From: a virus
DNA: 64,000 nucleotides
IMG/VR virus record: IMGVR_UViG_3300025102_007089
Span: 1 to 64,000 of that record
Strand: one strand, 5' to 3'
The notes under the pieces are model-generated. The model had not been told where the DNA came from. It saw nothing but the letters and a program-made list of their open reading frames with translations, and did not search any database. Positions 39,576 through 49,518 of this stretch are shown piece after piece; positions within the stretch are counted from its first letter, which is position 1; each line of letters starts with the position of its first letter. Made by a program: the position numbers and the translations under genes.

Positions 39576-41018
39576 TTAATAGTTAAAAATAGGTATGGCG
39601 TACCTATCGAATGTTTGTGAATTATTTCTCGTTGTACCAGATAAAGCTAAAGTTAAAAATCCTGCTGAACTAAGTGTATTTATATTTCCGCTTGAATCTT
39701 TTGCTGTATATGTACTGCCATCGTGTTGATAACTGTTACTAACTTGATTAGGCGCACCAGTAAATACACCTTTTACAACGCTAGTAGCTTTAATAATGAA
39801 AGTAGTATCAACTGCACTTAAATTAACAAATGCTGAATCATGTTGTCTAGCAGATAAGTAGTAGACTTTAGAACCAGCAGTACCAAAATCAGGATTCTGA
39901 TTATTACCATATAAAAACTGCCCTCCGGTTAAATTAGGTACTCTAAAGTCTGTACCTCCCTCACCACCAGTATTATAATTAGTACCTATAGCATTATATA
40001 GATCACTATATTGACCTGTTTGTGAATAAACAGCGCCATCACATAAAACAAACCCGTGGGGAACAGCTCCAATAGCCCGAGCATGAGGTAGTATCGTACC
40101 AACTGGTACAAAATCAGCTCCAGTTAAGGATGTAGCTGTCATAGTATCAAAGAAAGTAGATTGAACATTTTCAACTATACCTTTACCATTAAGAGATAAA
40201 AATGGTGCTTCATAATTACCAGATACAGGTTTATTAACTAAAGAAATAGTACTATTATTAACATTGAAACTCTCCCCATCTACTGAGCATAGAGTTGTAT
40301 TAATTGTTTGTGTTTCTAAATTAACATTTAAACCGTCGCCAAATATATTTAAATCTAACGCACTAAATAAAACTGAAGAAGAATCAGCAGGGCCTGCAGC
40401 TAAACGATTCCCTTCAAATATTAATCCGGAGCCAATATTTACTTGAATTGGCTCTCCATTACCACCCGATAACCCAGCTGATAAAGCTGTATTTTTAATC
40501 TCTCTTTCAGTAATTGAGTTACTTACAGGTGTTAAAAATCCTCCCGATAGTTCAAAATAATCAGTACTAAAATTAACATCTATAGCTTGCCCGTTTCTTA
40601 CTAAAGCTTTACCAAAAGCTTCATTCATTAAATCATTACCATCTATAGAACTGAGTTTTATTGTAAGATGGTTACTACCATTAAATTCAATATTAGCATC
40701 ATCAGGCACGGCACCTATATAAGACCAACCAGAAAGAGCATTAGTATATTGTTCAGCTGATAAAGCATATAATTTATTATTTGCATAGCCAAAATCACCT
40801 ATTTGTGCACCAACATTACCACCTAATCCAGATTCAACATTAAAAGATCCAAAGTTTTTACTTCCTACAACATTACCACCTGAAAGAGCGCCATCCCCTA
40901 CAAATAGTCTCTTTGTATCAATAGTATAACCTACTTCTCCTTGATCTAAAACTACACGCTCTCTTTCAGAGTCGGTTCCTCGTCTTACTTTAAATTTTAC
41001 TATAGTAATATCTGCCAT
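39576..41018 (-). CDS. Tail fibre protein, paralogue of 38017-39567
   Basis: VRRGTD...LDQGEVGYTIDTKRLFVGDG; VPVGTILP...GFVLCDG...FRVPNL. Confidence 0.82.
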   Translation of the reverse strand: MADITIVKFKVRRGTDSERERVVLDQGEVGYTIDTKRLFVGDGALSGGNVVGSKNFGSFNVESGLGGNVGAQIGDFGYANNKLYALSAEQYTNALSGWSYIGAVPDDANIEFNGSNHLTIKLSSIDGNDLMNEAFGKALVRNGQAIDVNFSTDYFELSGGFLTPVSNSITEREIKNTALSAGLSGGNGEPIQVNIGSGLIFEGNRLAAGPADSSSVLFSALDLNIFGDGLNVNLETQTINTTLCSVDGESFNVNNSTISLVNKPVSGNYEAPFLSLNGKGIVENVQSTFFDTMTATSLTGADFVPVGTILPHARAIGAVPHGFVLCDGAVYSQTGQYSDLYNAIGTNYNTGGEGGTDFRVPNLTGGQFLYGNNQNPDFGTAGSKVYYLSARQHDSAFVNLSAVDTTFIIKATSVVKGVFTGAPNQVSNSYQHDGSTYTAKDSSGNINTLSSAGFLTLALSGTTRNNSQTFDRYAIPIFNY

Positions 41019-41025
41019 AATTTAA

Positions 41026-41652
41026 TTAACTTATTCGTTTCCATACATATACCCCATAATATGGAGGTATATTATTATGTGCTTGGTTATCACCAACAAA
41101 TGTTGTATCAGCTCTCAATTCTCTTGATGTATCAAAACCTGCACTATCTTTATTCGCACCATTCGTTCGTCCAAATCTATTTTTTCTTCCATGTACGTCA
41201 TGCTGGTGGCTAGGCATTTCATCTATTGTTAATTCATGCTTATACTCACCTTCAGTACCTACATTTTCAGCTTCAATAATTTGAACATTGCCGTTTTTAT
41301 CTGTACCAGTTCCAGCTCCTGCAAGAAAAAGTCCCTCAGAAACTAATTCCCATTCTGATCCAACCAATCTAGTACCAGGATTAACATTTTCAATTGATAA
41401 GAAAATACTATTAATTGGATATATTAAATCTAACAGTGTAGTATCTGTCGAAGATTTAAGCATAGTTACATTATGAATTGAAACATCGCTTGTCGAAATT
41501 TCTATACCTGTATAATTACCTTTACCGTCATATACACCATCAAAATCTTCAGTGAGATTATTACCACTTAAATGTATTAACGAAGTATACCTATCAGAAA
41601 TAAACTGATTAGTAAAATCAGCGCCTGTTGAGGTAGAAGGTGGTGTCGACAT
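41026..41652 (-). CDS. Baseplate/fibre protein with gp10-like C-terminal domain
   Basis: IYPINSIFLS..NP...WE...G.FL.G; H.LT.DEMPSH.H; HNNIPPY..VY.WKR. Confidence 0.75.
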   Translation of the reverse strand: MSTPPSTSTGADFTNQFISDRYTSLIHLSGNNLTEDFDGVYDGKGNYTGIEISTSDVSIHNVTMLKSSTDTTLLDLIYPINSIFLSIENVNPGTRLVGSEWELVSEGLFLAGAGTGTDKNGNVQIIEAENVGTEGEYKHELTIDEMPSHQHDVHGRKNRFGRTNGANKDSAGFDTSRELRADTTFVGDNQAHNNIPPYYGVYVWKRIS

Positions 41653-41666
41653 ATAATATATTTAGT

Positions 41667-43715
41667 TTAGGATGTTAAAATGCTATCATAAATTGCTTTC
41701 TGTAATTCAAATAATTTAGAAAATACTCTATTTATTGAAAGATAATTAACACTTTCATTACTATGAAAGTAAAAATCACGTACATTAACGTCAATACTTT
41801 CAGGAAGCTTAGAATCTAATAATAACTCTGTACCGTAAAACTTTTTACCCTTAGGTATCTTAGTGAAACCGTTATATATATTGAGAGTATCTCTTAGGAT
41901 ATCCTGTATAAGGGTGTTTAAATTAATACCTATTCCAGTTTCACATATATTATCAAATAAAGTTTCATCAAAAAGACATTCTAAATCCTTTTTTACTAAA
42001 CTATCTGTTTTATCTTTTAATTTTGTGTAATATAATCTACCCACATTATGAAGATATAGTATCACTTCATTTTTTATTGAATCAACTAATACATTTTTAT
42101 ATGCTACTCTATTAGATTCAAGTAAATTTGTATTCCACTTCCATTGATTATTATCAAATAGATACTCTGTATTATCAAATAGTAAATCCGGAGGTAGATT
42201 TAAATCATTTCTATTTAAAACTGAAATAGTTGGATCAGGATTAGATAGTAAGCGTTGGGAAATATTAGAATTATCATTAATAGTAAATAAATTACTATCA
42301 AACTCTGAAAATATTACATCTAAATCAACTGTAGTATCAGTATCTCTATATATAAAGTAACCTACAGGTCTATTTTCTTTAAAAAATAGGTAATCAGGAG
42401 TAAAATAAAAAACAGTATTAGGAAATTCTGGAAAAGTAAGCGTACTTATAGCTCCACTTTTACTTATTTTTTGAGCATCATCTTTTTCTTTAAAAAGTGG
42501 GTAAAAGAACCCTGTTCTGTTATTATTTGTACCAAAAACTGTATAAGATGAATTAGTTTTTTTAGGTGATTTATATCTAAATTGATTATCGTAATTTATT
42601 CTAGTACTTTTTTGAGGATCAGGTATAATATTAGTTTCAAAATAATTTTCTAAATCAATTTTATAAATTAAAAATTCAGATACATTACTTACTGGCTTAG
42701 TTACTATTAAAAGTAAGTCGTCATGACCTCTTAATGCAATTTTTACATACTCTGGCTCATTTAAATCAGATAATTGTATAGTTTTCAACACCTCAGTCTC
42801 ATTTTTTAAGGATAACTCAATTAATATATCACCTGCATTATTAGAAACTAATGCTCCTTTATATTTTTTACTATAACCTATATTATTATTAACTAATTTA
42901 TTATCTGATACTTTTATTCTATCAATTAATTTAAGAGTTTGGCATGATCGGTATATACTTTCATCAAATATATTAACAAATGGTACAGAACTTTCTATAT
43001 CTAAAGAATATATTAAATGATTTGCTTTATCTACATAAATGTCTAAAAGTCTATTGTTGTTATCAAAAGTAACTAAGCTTAAATTTTTAATATCACTACC
43101 AAATGCACCTGAAAATGCTAGAGTTTTTGAATCTGTACTTATAGTATATATAAATCCATCTTCGTAAGTTTCAACAAAACTCTCCGTAGTGTTATCTAAT
43201 TCAAAAAGTTCAGGAAATGTATTTTTATCTGCACCAGCAAATGGATCAATTTGATAGGGCTCTTGTAAGTTCTTTATAGTAACCCTATCATCATTACGAC
43301 TATCTATTGTTGTTGATGATAATCCAAAAAATGCACATGAGCTTAAGTTATCACTACTAGTAGCCGAATTATATAAAGAAGGATTATATACTTGACTTAA
43401 ACTAAAAAGAGATAAATTATTTTCAAATAATGTTCTAAAGTTTCTCTTTAAAAAATCATTACTTAATATATTTCTAGGTGAATAATTTAAACTGCTAACT
43501 AAATTTGTAGTTGTTGATGTAACATTATTGTCGAATTCTCTCTTATCTAAAAAAGCAAAAGTAATAAAATTATTTTTAGCGCTTAGCGCTTGCGAGGTTT
43601 CAGTTTTAGTTCTACCGGTATACGCTTCACCTTCTTCTACATTAAAAAAGCCTTCATAATCTTTTCCATCTAATGTAAAAGCATTACCGTCAGTAAATTT
43701 ATAATAGGATATCAT
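41667..43715 (-). CDS. Virion structural protein (baseplate region)
   Basis: Long ORF in the late structural operon. Confidence 0.55.
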   Translation of the reverse strand: MISYYKFTDGNAFTLDGKDYEGFFNVEEGEAYTGRTKTETSQALSAKNNFITFAFLDKREFDNNVTSTTTNLVSSLNYSPRNILSNDFLKRNFRTLFENNLSLFSLSQVYNPSLYNSATSSDNLSSCAFFGLSSTTIDSRNDDRVTIKNLQEPYQIDPFAGADKNTFPELFELDNTTESFVETYEDGFIYTISTDSKTLAFSGAFGSDIKNLSLVTFDNNNRLLDIYVDKANHLIYSLDIESSVPFVNIFDESIYRSCQTLKLIDRIKVSDNKLVNNNIGYSKKYKGALVSNNAGDILIELSLKNETEVLKTIQLSDLNEPEYVKIALRGHDDLLLIVTKPVSNVSEFLIYKIDLENYFETNIIPDPQKSTRINYDNQFRYKSPKKTNSSYTVFGTNNNRTGFFYPLFKEKDDAQKISKSGAISTLTFPEFPNTVFYFTPDYLFFKENRPVGYFIYRDTDTTVDLDVIFSEFDSNLFTINDNSNISQRLLSNPDPTISVLNRNDLNLPPDLLFDNTEYLFDNNQWKWNTNLLESNRVAYKNVLVDSIKNEVILYLHNVGRLYYTKLKDKTDSLVKKDLECLFDETLFDNICETGIGINLNTLIQDILRDTLNIYNGFTKIPKGKKFYGTELLLDSKLPESIDVNVRDFYFHSNESVNYLSINRVFSKLFELQKAIYDSILTS

Positions 43716-46030
43716 AGGTAGTTCTTAAAGTTTAGCTTGTTAATTACAGTAGTAGCGGGTAAGTCTTTTGATAACACGGCTATTAAATTATCTTTAACAT
43801 CATTTAAAATATCAGTGTTACTTATATTTAAATTATTAACATTTATATCAACTACATTTGATTTTGACTTTAAGTTTGTAGCGAGTGTATTAAGCACCTC
43901 AATATTATCAGTATAATTCTTCATACCGCAAGGTAAACTTACAATTAAATCGTCAATCTTAGTTATAGCTCTACTAAAAACAGTTAGTAGTTCATCTTCT
44001 TGTGAAAGAGGCTTAAGAGATAAAAATATATTAGTAAGAGTATCAAGTCTATCTAAAGAAGCTCTTAATATATCACCTTTAAATTCACTGCTTTCTAACT
44101 TTATATTACCAAAAATAATTTGTTTATTCGAATATCTAAAGCTGTTAGTATTAAAAGAAAATATTTTTACTGAATTTAAATATACATTACCCTTACCTAT
44201 TTGATTATTAAATGAAACTACTAAATCATTATCATTAGTTTCAGTCAAGGTATGGTCTGTATTAAAAAATTCGTATGTTTCATTAGCATTATCAAAAAAA
44301 GTAAAGTTTAACGATAAATTATTTTTACTTTTAACTATACTAAAACCTGCTTCAATTTCATTAAAATGTGAAAAAACTTTAAAATCTTTATCAAAAAACT
44401 TAAACGCGATGGCGTAACCACCATTATTATTAATATCTTTATAATATGTAGGTGTTTCTCTTTCCGCTTTAGGTAAATCGCAAAATCTTACCCGTATATC
44501 TTCTTTTACTTTATCTATATCTATTCTCTCGTAAGTATATTCTTTTTTAGGTTCGAAGGTTAAGTCACTTTTTTTATCAAAGAAGAATTCTTTTTTAACA
44601 TCATTTTTTAGAGCAGTATTATCGTTAATAAGTTTTTCAATAGCATCTAAGTAGGTAACTTGATATATCGGCTTACCGTTTAGCGCATCTTCTTTAGTAG
44701 TGTAATCAGGATAATAATATCTATCAACCCATAATCCCTCTTCTCCTGGAGCTCCTGATAACCAAGTACACAAATATTGCTCTTCTGTATCAGGCATATT
44801 TTTTATTTTTTTATAAACACGATCAGAAAAATATGGATATGGGTAAGCAAATGACCCACTCTCTGTAAACTTTGTATCATTAATGTTAAGCTTTGTAAAT
44901 GGATCTAATGATGATGGTGCTGTAAAAATATTTGTACCTGGGGTAAATTTATAATTTATATTATAAGTTACATAGTTAAGCTCTAATGTAGAATCTCTTT
45001 CAGATGGAATATCGTTAAATATACTAGTATAGTTTCTAATTTTTCTAGCAAAAACAGCATTATCTTCTGAACTAATTAAACTATTAGATGAAGTAAAGGT
45101 GTCAAAGTTATCACTTATGTTTTTAAGATTTAATATATTAAAGCTATTTTGTGATAAATTACCAGACTTGTAAAATAGATAATTAGAATCTAAATTAAAG
45201 GCGCTTCTATCATTATTAATAAGATAATCTGTATCAGTATACTCTACAAACGATGTGTCTAGAGGATCTGATATAGTAGTAGAAAGATTAAACGTAATTT
45301 TAGCTGATATAGAGTTTATAAAAAACTCATTTGTATTTTTATCTGAAATATCTTCACCTATTAATTTAGTATCTTCAGGTTTTATAGCATACTTTTTATT
45401 ATTCTTTCTAGTAAAAAAAGCTAAAAACTGATTATTGCTATGCTTAGTTAATATGTACTCTATTTTTTTACCTTCCTCGGTTAAAGTATTTTCTGCTGCA
45501 AAAAATACTTCTATCTTACCATCCACTTCTTCGTTATCTGAACCTACTAAATAATATCTTATGTTATTATCTACGTAAGATAAAGTACAGTAAAAATCAT
45601 CTATAAACTCAACTAAAAATAATTCCTTAGAAGAGGTTTGAAAGTTAGTAATACCAGTAGCTCCATAATTTTGATAGTTGTTATAGTTAAGTGTATCCTT
45701 AAAAAACTCTCTCTTAATCTCTTTTACAAATTTTAAAAAAGTACCCTTCTTTCCTGGTAGGCGTGAAAAATTTAGCGATGTATAAATACTCGGTGGTTTT
45801 ATATTTGTAGAGTTAAATTTAACAATTTTAGTTAAATCTGTTCTTTTTGTAAGATAAAAATTACTAAAGTTTTTATTTTTAAAATCTCTTGAACCAGATA
45901 GAGCATCAATAAAGTTAAACGAATAACCACCTGCGTATGTTCTAGAAAATTGTTCTAGATTTAAAGAATCTATGCATAAAGAACCCTCATTGAATTTAAG
46001 GGTACTTAAACTAGGAATACGACTACTCAT
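43712..46030 (-). CDS. Virion structural protein (baseplate region)
   Basis: Long ORF; CTWLSG...WVDRYY. Confidence 0.55.
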   Translation of the reverse strand: MSSRIPSLSTLKFNEGSLCIDSLNLEQFSRTYAGGYSFNFIDALSGSRDFKNKNFSNFYLTKRTDLTKIVKFNSTNIKPPSIYTSLNFSRLPGKKGTFLKFVKEIKREFFKDTLNYNNYQNYGATGITNFQTSSKELFLVEFIDDFYCTLSYVDNNIRYYLVGSDNEEVDGKIEVFFAAENTLTEEGKKIEYILTKHSNNQFLAFFTRKNNKKYAIKPEDTKLIGEDISDKNTNEFFINSISAKITFNLSTTISDPLDTSFVEYTDTDYLINNDRSAFNLDSNYLFYKSGNLSQNSFNILNLKNISDNFDTFTSSNSLISSEDNAVFARKIRNYTSIFNDIPSERDSTLELNYVTYNINYKFTPGTNIFTAPSSLDPFTKLNINDTKFTESGSFAYPYPYFSDRVYKKIKNMPDTEEQYLCTWLSGAPGEEGLWVDRYYYPDYTTKEDALNGKPIYQVTYLDAIEKLINDNTALKNDVKKEFFFDKKSDLTFEPKKEYTYERIDIDKVKEDIRVRFCDLPKAERETPTYYKDINNNGGYAIAFKFFDKDFKVFSHFNEIEAGFSIVKSKNNLSLNFTFFDNANETYEFFNTDHTLTETNDNDLVVSFNNQIGKGNVYLNSVKIFSFNTNSFRYSNKQIIFGNIKLESSEFKGDILRASLDRLDTLTNIFLSLKPLSQEDELLTVFSRAITKIDDLIVSLPCGMKNYTDNIEVLNTLATNLKSKSNVVDINVNNLNISNTDILNDVKDNLIAVLSKDLPATTVINKLNFKNYL

Positions 46031-46060
46031 TTACATATATATTTAAGCTGTAAATTAAAT

Positions 46061-46699
46061 TCACTTTACAATTTTTATAATATCATCTTCCTTATCAATA
46101 ATTACATCACCACCACCTTCTTCTGCTTTTTCGAAGTTTTTACCTACATCATTTACAATAAAAGATATTTCTTCATCTCCTTCTGTTTGGTTATTAACTT
46201 CTAAAACATAATCATCAACCTCACCTCTAAATACAAAATTTGAAGAGTAATTTACATCTTGTAATATATTACTGTCTATTAATTCTAAGTCACCAATATT
46301 TTCATAGTAACCTTCAGTTCTTACTTTTATAGGGTATGTTATTTCGGTAATATTCCCATTTATATACTGAATACCTATTTTTAAATCCATGGATTTTATT
46401 AACGCAGTAGCAGAAGGTTTGTAGACATGTTTGTATGTTTTAGATAAAAATACTGGTGCTAACCCTTTAGTAATTTCATCAAAAATACTATCAGTTCTAT
46501 AAGTTCTAAAGGTAGTCAATTCAGGTTCTTCAATATCAGTACCATCACCCCAATCAATACTTATATACGAGGGAAAAATATTTTTATAGATGTTTACAAT
46601 ATCTAAACTTACTTCAGTTAAATCAAATAAATTTAACTGCTCACCTGTTGCAGTTAGTGCAGATTGCGATGTAGATAATGCAAGAGAAAACGTATTCAT
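46061..46699 (-). CDS. Structural protein with PKD-like motif
   Basis: IDWGDGT...HVY. Confidence 0.55.
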   Translation of the reverse strand: MNTFSLALSTSQSALTATGEQLNLFDLTEVSLDIVNIYKNIFPSYISIDWGDGTDIEEPELTTFRTYRTDSIFDEITKGLAPVFLSKTYKHVYKPSATALIKSMDLKIGIQYINGNITEITYPIKVRTEGYYENIGDLELIDSNILQDVNYSSNFVFRGEVDDYVLEVNNQTEGDEEISFIVNDVGKNFEKAEEGGGDVIIDKEDDIIKIVK

Positions 46700-49506
46700 A
46701 ATATAAGTGAGTTGCTTTCACTTCCCGGAGGAACTGAACTAATGTTAAAGTTAAAAGATGTTAAGGTTCTAGATATGTTTTCAAAGGTATAAGTCTTATT
46801 ATCATATACAGCTCGTAAATTTTCATCTCTCATAAACAATACATTATCGTTAGAGTCTATATTAACTATATAATTTACTAGCAGTGGCGACTTATTTTGA
46901 TCTTTTAACAGGTAACTAATATTAAACATATCAATATCACTACGATATGAAATAACAGGTGTATCTGCTTCATTGTATCTAATATCTATTCCCGATAAAA
47001 CAAAAAGATTTCTTCGTTCAACTAATTCAGAAGTACTTTTTGGAAATATTTTATTTGTCTTTTTATCAGTATAGCTATATTTGTAAATTTCTGGATATAC
47101 AGATAACGCTTTTGTATCTGTACTGTTTGATAAAGATTTTAATTGATAGTAGTATACGCTATTATTAGTTGAATATCTATTACTAATCTTATCAAAACTA
47201 TCAGTATTAATTGAAAGTGAAATATTATTAGTAAACGGGTCAACATATTTATTGTTTTCAAATCTTAAAGGCTCAATAACAAAAAATGAACTAGTCTCAA
47301 TAAACAATGTATCATATAATAGATCAAAATTAACAACTCTACTACTTAAATCATTTTTAATATTAGGCGAATGCTTTGAACTTAAGTAGTTAACAGCAGT
47401 AAATAAATGGGAACCAACATTTGTTGATTTGTTATTAACAAATATTTGACCTGATAATTTTTCTGCATTATATCTACCTTCTTTAGATGATATGTCTGAT
47501 AAAAGAATTGAAGGTTCTAGAACTGTACTATCATAAAAATATTCTTCTTTTTGTGGTGAATAATCAAACAATAATGTATCAGTAAATTTACCTCCTTCCA
47601 TTCTAGTAAAGTCATCTTGTATACCAGATAAAAAGTAGTTAACAAAAAACGTACCTGATGTTGTAGGTACAGCACTATCGCAGAGTGCTCGCTGCAGCGT
47701 GTTCCAGTTTGTAGGGTTATATCGACCGCTTACCCCAGCTATACCAGCATCAATTAACTCAGAATAATAATATTGTAATCCACTATCAAAAGCAGCGCTT
47801 AAATCCGATGATCTCGGTTCCGGTAAAAACTCATCACACCTTTTCATGAAAAAGGCACCATCTTTAACGCTAGCTGTCTCTACATTATTATCGATTATAT
47901 CAGTATTATTAGTAGTAGGCTTTATTAGTTCTTCATAGGGGGCAAAATATCTAAAGAATATATTATAAGCTGAACTTGGTAACTGTGGTGAGTTGTCGCC
48001 TATAGTAGTTAATCCATTTGTAAAAGAAGTAATCCCTGACCTCTTTGTTTCTAAAAATGTTGTTTTATCAGTTACTGAATAATCAAAACTAAATTCAGAA
48101 TCAAAAAGAGAATCATAGAATTGATAACCATTTAAAACTAAATTAAGAATTTTTTTAGTTTCAATAGTAGTTAGATTTTCTCTAAATAAATTATCGTCTT
48201 TTACTAGTCCAAAAGTATTACTATATATGTCAGTTTTGCTATCAAAAATATATCCTTTATTAAAAAGAAACGACATGTCTGCATCTTCATCTCTCTCAAA
48301 AAAAGTTGAACTATATCCAAGATAAGAAGTATCGTCTTTATCAGTTAGTGGCTGTAATTTAGCTAATCCACTAGTAAGATTTTTTACAAATTCTGCTGGT
48401 TCAATATTAAAGACAAGAATATTTTGATTATTGGTATATATACTTGGATCGGGAAAAATATATAAACTATCTGGCTCATATGATTCTTTAAACCCAAACT
48501 CTATAGCGTTGGCTTGTATTACATTAATTCCAGTTTTAGTAGGTTTAAAGAAGCCGGCCTCTCTTTCAGTTTCAATAGAGTTAGCAAACACCGACGCAGT
48601 AGTAGGGTAATCTTGATTTAAAAAATTACGGTAAGGCGCTTCTGCTTCTATTAATTTTTCATATACAAACTCACCTGTACTATTAGAAGATATATAGTAA
48701 AAATCTGTACCAATATATTTTTCAGTTAAATCTTTTTTATTTTTAAAAAGTTCATTTACTTCTAATATATCTCTTAACTCATCTCCTAACCCTTGAAAAA
48801 CTTCTTCTATTAATTTTGTATTATTACTTAGAAATATATTATCAGTAGGGAGCTCACTAGGATCATAGCTTTTAAAATGCTTACCATACTCTTCTACATC
48901 TGGCTCTTGATTAAAATAAGAAGTAAAAGTATCAAAATACTCAGTTAGATCGACTTGTATATTACTTTTTATAGTTTCTATATCGTAAGTAAATTTAGCA
49001 TCTTCTCTATTTTCTAAAAAATCTAATATTATCTCAGTAGATCTTTTTTTAATGTTAAAATTACTACCCTTAGTCTTATACTTAATAGCTACATTTTGTA
49101 AATTTTCTCTTTCACCTTTATAGTAACTAGCTACTTCTCTAAGTTTTTTACTATAGAACGAAATAGCAATAGATAAATCATTCGGATCATTAAAATCAAT
49201 TACTGATAAAAACTTTTTCTCTGTTTCATTACTATAAAAAATTGAAAGTTCTTTTAAGAAGTCTCTATATCTATCTATAATTATTTTTTTATTATCTGCA
49301 CTCTTATCGTTAGTGGCTCTATTCCAATTATTAAGATAATGCGTATAGTAATTCTGTAAGGTATCCGGTTCAAACGAAACCTTAACAACTTTCATAAAAT
49401 CTATAAAAGATAAAGCTTGATTTCTATCTAACGCATTTTCCCTCTCAACATTAGGATTAGTAATAGATTGAGGTACTGGCGGAAATCCTTTCTGAACACT
49501 TTCCAT
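46696..49506 (-). CDS. Large virion structural protein (baseplate wedge-like)
   Basis: 936 aa; ATAAATA 6 nt upstream; near gp6. Confidence 0.55.
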   Translation of the reverse strand: MESVQKGFPPVPQSITNPNVERENALDRNQALSFIDFMKVVKVSFEPDTLQNYYTHYLNNWNRATNDKSADNKKIIIDRYRDFLKELSIFYSNETEKKFLSVIDFNDPNDLSIAISFYSKKLREVASYYKGERENLQNVAIKYKTKGSNFNIKKRSTEIILDFLENREDAKFTYDIETIKSNIQVDLTEYFDTFTSYFNQEPDVEEYGKHFKSYDPSELPTDNIFLSNNTKLIEEVFQGLGDELRDILEVNELFKNKKDLTEKYIGTDFYYISSNSTGEFVYEKLIEAEAPYRNFLNQDYPTTASVFANSIETEREAGFFKPTKTGINVIQANAIEFGFKESYEPDSLYIFPDPSIYTNNQNILVFNIEPAEFVKNLTSGLAKLQPLTDKDDTSYLGYSSTFFERDEDADMSFLFNKGYIFDSKTDIYSNTFGLVKDDNLFRENLTTIETKKILNLVLNGYQFYDSLFDSEFSFDYSVTDKTTFLETKRSGITSFTNGLTTIGDNSPQLPSSAYNIFFRYFAPYEELIKPTTNNTDIIDNNVETASVKDGAFFMKRCDEFLPEPRSSDLSAAFDSGLQYYYSELIDAGIAGVSGRYNPTNWNTLQRALCDSAVPTTSGTFFVNYFLSGIQDDFTRMEGGKFTDTLLFDYSPQKEEYFYDSTVLEPSILLSDISSKEGRYNAEKLSGQIFVNNKSTNVGSHLFTAVNYLSSKHSPNIKNDLSSRVVNFDLLYDTLFIETSSFFVIEPLRFENNKYVDPFTNNISLSINTDSFDKISNRYSTNNSVYYYQLKSLSNSTDTKALSVYPEIYKYSYTDKKTNKIFPKSTSELVERRNLFVLSGIDIRYNEADTPVISYRSDIDMFNISYLLKDQNKSPLLVNYIVNIDSNDNVLFMRDENLRAVYDNKTYTFENISRTLTSFNFNISSVPPGSESNSLIL

Positions 49507-49518
49507 TTAATATATTTA

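Noticed and set aside
38017-41018. Diversity-generating retroelement suggested by the Mtd-N-like domains
   Set aside because: No reverse transcriptase or template/variable repeat pair seen in the window
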